This document shows positions 54,969-59,756 of a stretch of DNA of 59,756 nt, in pieces. The notes under the pieces are model-generated. The model saw only the letters and a list, made by a program, of their open reading frames with translations, was not told the origin of the DNA and made no database searches. The stretch's first letter is position 1, and the number at the start of each line of letters is the position of its first letter. A program made the translations under genes and the position numbers. The stretch spans positions 1-59,756 of the forward strand of contig CAWKIY010000056.1 of assembly GCA_963849245.1 (NCBI GenBank), in the 5' to 3' direction. Source of the DNA: a candidate division FCPU426 bacterium. Lineage in GTDB: Bacteria > Oederibacteriota > Muellerivitia > Muellerivitales > Muellerivitaceae.

Positions 54969-56012
54969 TTATCCTTTCGCCTTCGCAGGCTTAATGCCTA
55001 TCTTGGCTGAAATACGGGCCAGTTCCTTGTCGTCGGAGATTCCTTGAAAATCATAACGAGGAGTATAAGGCGTCTCCAGTGCGGTCACTTCTTCGTCGGT
55101 CAGTTGGATGTCGAGAGATGTCACGGCATCTTCCAGATGGGACGGTTTAGAAGCGCCCACCAGCGGCGCGGCCACCACCGGATTACGACGCAACCAGGCC
55201 AAAGCGATTTGCGCCCGGCTGACGCCCCTGGCCTTGGCTACGGTTCCAACCGCATCGATGATGAGATTGTCGCTGGCTTCTTCGGTGTAGAGCATATTGG
55301 CGAAAGGGTCGCTTTGTGACCGGTTGGTCACAGCTCCGCTCTCACGTGCGAGCCGCCCACGGGCGAGAGGACTCCAAACAATGGTGCCCACGCCCTCATC
55401 GGAGCAGAGCGGCAGCATTTCACGTTCCTCCTCACGGGCAAGCAGGTTGTAGTGGTCCTGCATGGAGATGAATCTAGCCCACCCATGATGTTTCTGCGTA
55501 TGTAATACCTTGCTGAATTCCCAAGCTTGCATCGACGAAGCACCGAGGTAGCGGGCCTTTCCGGCTTTCACGACATCGTGCAAAGCCTCTAAGGTTTCCT
55601 CAATAGGCGTATTTTGATCCATGCGGTGGATCTGATAGAGATCAACATAATCAGTCCCAAGACGTCTTAGACTATTGTCGATCTCTTGAAAAATAGCTTT
55701 CCGGGATAGTCCCGCGCCATTAGGACCCGGATGCATTGGATGGCGAACCTTGGTAGCGATGACAACCTCGTCGCGGCGGGCAAAGTCTTTCAAGGCCCGG
55801 CCTACAATTTCCTCGCTAGACCCCTGAGAATACATGTTGGCAGTGTCGAAAAAGTTGATCCCCATATCGAGGGCCTTCTTAATGAGAGGCCGACTTTGTT
55901 CTTCGTCCAGGGACCAAACCGGATGACCCCGCTTCGGGTCCCCGTAGGTCATACAACCCAGGGCTATTGGTGAAATGTCTAAACCTGTTTTACCTAGTTT
56001 GATGTAGCGCAT
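54969..56012 (-). CDS. Aldo/keto reductase
   Basis: MRYIKLGKTGLDISPIALGCM, FFDTANMYSQG, ATKV and DLYQIHRMD motifs. AAGGAGA lies 8 nt before the ATG at 56012. Confidence 0.9.
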   Translation of the reverse strand: MRYIKLGKTGLDISPIALGCMTYGDPKRGHPVWSLDEEQSRPLIKKALDMGINFFDTANMYSQGSSEEIVGRALKDFARRDEVVIATKVRHPMHPGPNGAGLSRKAIFQEIDNSLRRLGTDYVDLYQIHRMDQNTPIEETLEALHDVVKAGKARYLGASSMQAWEFSKVLHTQKHHGWARFISMQDHYNLLAREEEREMLPLCSDEGVGTIVWSPLARGRLARESGAVTNRSQSDPFANMLYTEEASDNLIIDAVGTVAKARGVSRAQIALAWLRRNPVVAAPLVGASKPSHLEDAVTSLDIQLTDEEVTALETPYTPRYDFQGISDDKELARISAKIGIKPAKAKG

Positions 56013-56077
56013 ATCAATTTTCTCCTTGTTATTTAATTCAACTTTCAACCCATCTCAACAAAACATATAAATCTTCG

Positions 56078-56485
56078 TTATCCGCGTACCGCTTTAGAAA
56101 CCGCGAAACTGTCCTCCAACATCTGAAAACGTACAATCTCGCCATGGGCAACCGTAAGGATGATCGCAAAGTCGGTTTTGAAAGCGATCCCCGTCTTTTT
56201 AACCTTTGAGACGAGCGAGCCAAGTATCACTGAGCGTTTTTCTCCGGCCAGAACATCGAGGACGTCGAAACTGATCCGTTCAATCAACTCACGCGTGCCG
56301 TTCATGAAATCGATTACTGAAGACCTTCCCGTCTTTTTCCCTATCCAGGGTAGGACGTTCGTATCTCCGGCGATCTCCCAATCCAGGTTCTCACTGAAGA
56401 GCTTGGCGACTTCATCAGCCTCGGCTCCACTCCCCACACTTCTCAGAAACTCTTGCGTTATTTGAATGGTGCTTTTCTGTTCCAT
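56078..56485 (-). CDS. NTF2/SnoaL-like fold protein
   Basis: GAGGAGGA precedes the ATG at 56485 (MEQKSTIQITQEFL...). The listed longer ORF overlaps the divergent AraC gene. Confidence 0.6.
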   Translation of the reverse strand: MEQKSTIQITQEFLRSVGSGAEADEVAKLFSENLDWEIAGDTNVLPWIGKKTGRSSVIDFMNGTRELIERISFDVLDVLAGEKRSVILGSLVSKVKKTGIAFKTDFAIILTVAHGEIVRFQMLEDSFAVSKAVRG

Positions 56486-56579
56486 TGGGTTCCTCCTCAT
56501 TAAATTGATTGAATTTGAACCAATGCGCGAATCATAGGCCCCCCCATCCGAACTGTTAATACTTGAAAATCCGCAAAAC

Positions 56580-57524
56580 ATGCTCAATAGTACGGAAATG
56601 GCTACCGATCCCTTTTCTGACATTTTGAGGTTAACCGATACCCAGTCCGTGGTGACGGGAGGCTTTACGGCGGGTAAATCTTGGGCCATACGATTTATGC
56701 CAACCGGCAAAATCAAATTTGCCGCGATCATGAAGGGTCGTTGTTGGTTATTGATGGGTGGGGTCAAAATACCTGTTCGAGTTGAAACCGGTGATGTCTG
56801 TCTTCTTTTGGTGGAAAAGCCCTATGTCATCGCCAGTGATTTAAAAGCTACTCCCGTGGACGCGGCGGCGTTTTTTAAAAACCAAACCGAGACCTTTCCA
56901 AAACTCAATTCTGGGAATGACTTTTTTCTAATCGGTGGGCATGTATTATTAAATTCAGTCAGCGGCGGGCTTCTCAGCGATCTCCTGCCGCCTTTAATTC
57001 ATGTCAAGGCGACGTCACCGCAGTCTAAAATTCTGAAATGGATTCTCGACCAACTGGTTCAGGAACAGGCCAAAACGCTTCCGGGGGGAGGTGTGGCATC
57101 CACCCAGCTTTCCCAGCTTTTATTCGTACAGCTTTTGCGCGCCCACCTGGCGAATTCCGAATCCTTCCCCGCCGGTTTACTGCGCGCCCTAGGCGACCCC
57201 AGCATCGCCCCCGCCCTTCAACTGGTGCATGGCGATCCTGCCAAACCCTGGAAACTGGAAGAACTGGCCAAATCCTCCGCGATGTCGCGCACTACTTTCG
57301 CTTTACGTTTTAAAACCGTGGCGGGAGTCCCCCCCTTAACTTATCTTCACCATTGGCGCATGCGCCTGGCCGAGCGGGCCTTGCGAGAGGAAAAAACAAC
57401 CGTGTCCGTGATATCTCAATCGCTGGGTTATGAATCTGAAAGCGCCTTCAGTAACGCCTTTAAGAAAATGACCGGCCAATCACCCAAGCTCTATCGAAAC
57501 AACATCCGTTCAAAATCGAATTAA
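56580..57524 (+). CDS. AraC-family regulator with N-terminal cupin-type sensor domain
   Basis: The N-terminal DPFSDILRL...AIMKGRCWL block is typical of AraC cupin_6-type domains. C-terminal double HTH (MSRTTFALRFKTVAGVPP ... GYESESAFSNAFKKMTGQSP). Confidence 0.85.
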   Translation: MLNSTEMATDPFSDILRLTDTQSVVTGGFTAGKSWAIRFMPTGKIKFAAIMKGRCWLLMGGVKIPVRVETGDVCLLLVEKPYVIASDLKATPVDAAAFFKNQTETFPKLNSGNDFFLIGGHVLLNSVSGGLLSDLLPPLIHVKATSPQSKILKWILDQLVQEQAKTLPGGGVASTQLSQLLFVQLLRAHLANSESFPAGLLRALGDPSIAPALQLVHGDPAKPWKLEELAKSSAMSRTTFALRFKTVAGVPPLTYLHHWRMRLAERALREEKTTVSVISQSLGYESESAFSNAFKKMTGQSPKLYRNNIRSKSN

Positions 57525-57563
57525 TACTCAGATTTTGTGAGAGTGTAAAAAGAGATCTTTATC

Positions 57564-57594
57564 GTCCAATCCGGGTCCCCGTCGTGGACAGCTT
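57564..57594 (+). repeat. 31-nt direct repeat, copy 2
   Basis: gtccaatccgggtccccgtcgtggacagctt. Same orientation as copy 1, and it abuts the stop codon of the antitoxin gene at 57595. Confidence 0.8.
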
Positions 57595-57894
57595 TTAGCG
57601 TATTTCCGAGACCAGTTCTGGATGGGATTTTAGAATTCGAATTAGCTTTGATGCGGAACCACTGGGCCGACGGATTCCCTGTTCCCAATGTTCAGCCGCA
57701 TTGGGGCTTGCGCCCACAACCCCCGCGAACACCGCCTGGGTTAGACGCAATGCCTTACGGACGCCTTTTACTTCATCAGCAGTCGCTGGTTTTGGCCGGT
57801 AACTTTCCCGCACACCATGAAGTTTCTTGCCCTTCTTGATCTCAATCGATTGTTGGAGGCTCTCCCGCATGAGTTTGAAATCTTTATCTTTCAT
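57595..57894 (-). CDS. HigA-2-like XRE-family HTH antitoxin (no cognate toxin directly upstream)
   Basis: VRKALRLTQAVFAGVVGASPNAAEHWEQGIRRPSGSASKLIRILKSHPE closely follows the HigA-2/COG2944 pattern. GAGGAGGG lies 8 nt before the ATG at 57894. Confidence 0.7.
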   Translation of the reverse strand: MKDKDFKLMRESLQQSIEIKKGKKLHGVRESYRPKPATADEVKGVRKALRLTQAVFAGVVGASPNAAEHWEQGIRRPSGSASKLIRILKSHPELVSEIR

Positions 57895-57941
57895 TTCCGA
57901 TTCCCTCCTCTTTTCCTTGAACCATAAACGCGGTATCGCGA

Positions 57942-58268
57942 TCAAACGTGAGCGAGTTGCCTCTTTCGATGAACCACCACCGGGCTGACATTCAACCTTA
58001 ATCCAAGCGGCGCTAAAAGCTTTAAAAGGCTTTCATACTTCGGGTTTCCCGCGCTGGAAAGCATCCGGTGAATGGCGACCCGGGTCATTTGGGATTCATG
58101 GGCAAGCCAGGAAATACCCCCCATTGCCTCGACGCAATCCCTTAAAACCGCCAAAAGAATTTTAGGATCCCCGTCTTCCAACGCCGCGTTAATGTAAGCC
58201 GCTCGATCTTTTGGATTACGCACTTTCTTAACTAAATATTTCTTAAAACTTTCCGATCGATTCCCCAT
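57942..58268 (-). CDS. Addiction-module antidote protein (HigA-family, TIGR02684-like), orphan
   Basis: YINAALEDGDPKILLAVLRDCVEAMGGISWLAHESQMTRVAIHRMLSSAGNPKYESLLKLLAPLGLRL matches this antidote family. The expected RelE-like killer gene is absent upstream. Confidence 0.7.
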   Translation of the reverse strand: MGNRSESFKKYLVKKVRNPKDRAAYINAALEDGDPKILLAVLRDCVEAMGGISWLAHESQMTRVAIHRMLSSAGNPKYESLLKLLAPLGLRLNVSPVVVHRKRQLAHV

Positions 58269-58311
58269 TTTATTTCTCCATAAAAAAAGCCAACAAGAAC
58301 CCTCTCCAAAC

Positions 58312-58671
58312 TCAATGTCCAGCTAATTTCGCCGTCGCTTTCGAAAAATGCCCGGCCATTTCCAACAAAAGACGTTTGGTAAGTCCCGGATGGGTCTTTA
58401 AACCTTCCGCCCAATAACCCACTGACGCCGGAATAGGGTTTTTTCCCTGCTCCCATTTTTTGACCGTCTCGGAACTGACCGACATGAGCCGGGCGAATTC
58501 GGGTTGGGAAAAATGCAGGATTAGACGAGCCTCTTTAATATCCTTCCCTAAAGTACGGATACGAATGGTTTCAACCTTTACCCGCGCTTTCTTCCCTTGG
58601 GCGAATTTTATGCCTTCCCGAAGACTGGCGCTAAAAGCCTCCAGTTCCTTGTTCTTTTTTTGGAGTTTCAT
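58312..58671 (-). CDS. HigA-2-like XRE-family HTH antitoxin
   Basis: IKEARLILHFSQPEFARLMSVSSETVKKWEQGKNPIP HTH. Its start overlaps the toxin stop (ATGA). Confidence 0.7.
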   Translation of the reverse strand: MKLQKKNKELEAFSASLREGIKFAQGKKARVKVETIRIRTLGKDIKEARLILHFSQPEFARLMSVSSETVKKWEQGKNPIPASVGYWAEGLKTHPGLTKRLLLEMAGHFSKATAKLAGH

Positions 58672-58994
58672 TTTTTTCCTCCTTTGGATTCATAAGTCTT
58701 TTTAATTTCAGCCGCGGCGGCTTTTAACTCTTTTTTCTCGTCTGGTGTTAAATCCGACTTAGAACGATGGTCATACACGGCTTGCACATAAACGTCGTGT
58801 TGTATTTTGAAAAGAAGATACAAAAACCGGAATCCACCGCTTTTCCCCATATTCCTGCTGGGCGAACCGGCTCTACCTTTCACCCATCCCCCGGTTCCCT
58901 GTATCTCATCCATTTTCCCTGATTCGATCTCCGTCTGAAGACTCTCCCGAACCTCATCGTGAAGCTTAGGTTCAAGACGCTTAAAACTCTTAAG
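58668..58994 (-). CDS. HigB-2-like (RelE/ParE superfamily) toxin, apparently lacking its first few codons at a sequence junction
   Basis: EIQGTGGWVKGR...GKSGGFRFLYLLF...DLTPDEKKELK parallels V. cholerae HigB-2 (VIQGTGGLRKIR...GKRGGSRIIYYF...DLNANQRKQL). No start codon lies between the family N-terminus and the composition break at about 58,990. The first in-frame ATG is at 58913. Confidence 0.6.
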   Translation of the reverse strand, partial: LKSFKRLEPKLHDEVRESLQTEIESGKMDEIQGTGGWVKGRAGSPSRNMGKSGGFRFLYLLFKIQHDVYVQAVYDHRSKSDLTPDEKKELKAAAAEIKKTYESKGGKK

Positions 58995-59756
58995 ACGGCG
59001 CTCGTGACCGGTGCCGGTTCGGCGCTGCTGCTCGGCAGCGGCACCACGCTCGCGATCGGCGAGTTCGTCAATGGCGGCGGCGGCACCGGCACCTTGACGA
59101 TCCAGAATGGCGGGCTGGTCTCGGCTCCGACGATCATGATGGGCGCCTTCGATCCGAGCGCCACCGGCACGCTCAATCTCGACGGCACAGCGGGCGCCCG
59201 CGGCGTGCTGGTGACGGCGGCGCTGACCAAGGATCTGGGCAGCGCCTCGGTCAGCTTCGATGGCGGCATCCTCCGCGCGAGCGCCGACAGCACCGATTTC
59301 ATCGCGGGCTTCGCGCCCGGCAGTCTGGTCATCCAATCGGCGGCCTCTTCGTCGACACGAACGGATTCGCAGTGGAAGCCTCGAGCGGGCTGTCCGGTAC
59401 CGGAGCATGGTCAAGCAGGGCGCCGGCACGCTCACCCTCTCCGGCGCCAACGCCTATACCGGCGGCACGACCGTGGCGGCCGGCACGCTGGCGATCGGCA
59501 ATGGCGGCACCACGGGCTCGATCCTGGGCGATGTGGTCGTCGGCACCGGTGCGACGCTCGCCTTCAACCGCTCGGACGCCGTGAGTTTTCCCGGCGCCGT
59601 GTCGGGCGGCGGCGCTTTGACCCAGCAAGGGTCGGGGACGCTCACGCTGACCGGCGCCAACAGCTATAGCGGCGGCACGATTGTGGCGGCCGGCACGCTC
59701 GCCATCGGCAATGGCGGCACTGCAGGCTCGATCCTGGGCGATATCGTCAGTGAATG
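58995..59756 (+). pseudogene. Fragment of an autotransporter-type protein (autotransporter-associated beta-strand repeats), frame-disrupted, runs off the window
   Basis: 72% G+C. It reads ...GTLNLDGTAGARGVL...FDGGILRASADSTDFIAGFAPGSLVIQS in one frame, GLFVDTNGFAVEASSGLSGTG in a second, and MVKQGAGTLTLSGANAYTGGTTVAAGTLAIGNGGTTGSILGD... in a third. Two frame changes fall near 59340 and 59404. Confidence 0.6.
59425..59756 (+). repeat. 210-nt (70-aa) tandem repeat units within the autotransporter fragment
   Basis: GTLTLSGANAYTGGTTVAAGTLAIGNGGTTGSILGD (from 59425) recurs as GTLTLTGANSYSGGTIVAAGTLAIGNGGTAGSILGD (from 59635), with high nucleotide identity. Confidence 0.75.

Noticed and set aside
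53811-57594. Integron-cassette (attC) interpretation of the 31-nt direct repeats, and a compositional-island call for the enclosed block.
   Set aside because: There is no intI gene, no RYYYAAC/GTTRRRY core sites, and the flanking inverted-repeat context is not shared by the two copies. Hand G+C counts inside the block vary (39-48% in the first two genes, roughly 60% by eye in the aldo/keto reductase). They overlap those of the neighbouring ompA-like gene (48%), so I cannot claim a composition break.
58959-59669. ORF-track gene MKLRFKTLKTLKT... (236 aa, plus strand) and the 260-aa minus-strand ORF 58668..59450, taken as real genes.
   Set aside because: Both are read-throughs across the composition junction. 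The plus ORF starts in the antisense of the toxin gene and ends in a frameshifted tail. The minus ORF's N-terminal 150 aa are the Arg/Ala-rich mirror frame of the autotransporter repeats.
1-59756. Search for CRISPR arrays, tRNA, rRNA, tmRNA, transposases, integrases, reverse transcriptases and group II introns.
   Set aside because: No short direct repeat occurs more than twice with regular spacing. No T-loop/acceptor-like tRNA signatures turned up in the intergenic regions I read. No ORF shows DDE, tyrosine/serine recombinase or RT motifs. A manual scan could miss short or degenerate RNAs.

Overview
About 59.7 kb of roughly 50% G+C bacterial chromosome, probably from an uncultivated lineage; I cannot assign taxonomy from sequence alone. 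Coding density is high and most genes are housekeeping, envelope or stress functions. These include two YfhO-type membrane proteins with an FkbM methyltransferase and a DapF-like gene, bcp, ilvD, and a LacI-linked glycogen cluster (DUF4912, GH57 branching enzyme, ROK kinase). Also present are an SPFH protein, a GH18 enzyme, a fluoride riboswitch-crcB-DUF190 module, tandem Deg/HtrA-like proteases, DUF2079, two NHL-repeat lipoproteins, a class III cyclase, VapBC, HxlR plus two DoxX genes, a rhomboid fusion protein, a CsbD / ice-binding / OmpA stress block, an AraC-oxidoreductase block and a HigB-2-type toxin-antitoxin cluster. I found no rRNA, tRNA, CRISPR array, transposase, integrase or reverse transcriptase. 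I also found no clear new multi-gene system. The observations most worth following up are: (1) a DapF-family protein with both catalytic cysteines replaced by serine; (2) a translationally coupled protease pair in which the downstream copy has Ser->Asp at the nucleophile; (3) 31-nt direct repeats bracketing a 3.7-kb five-gene AraC/oxidoreductase block; (4) a duplicated 80-nt leader flanking an outer-membrane protein gene; (5) MITE/REP-like inverted-repeat elements; (6) a hairpin element shared upstream of two stress operons; (7) one toxin followed by three antitoxin-like genes; (8) an abrupt switch at about nt 58,990 to 72% G+C autotransporter-repeat sequence with frame breaks, most likely a chimeric contig end. 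Gene starts were re-picked by hand from Shine-Dalgarno spacing where the ORF track over-extends.
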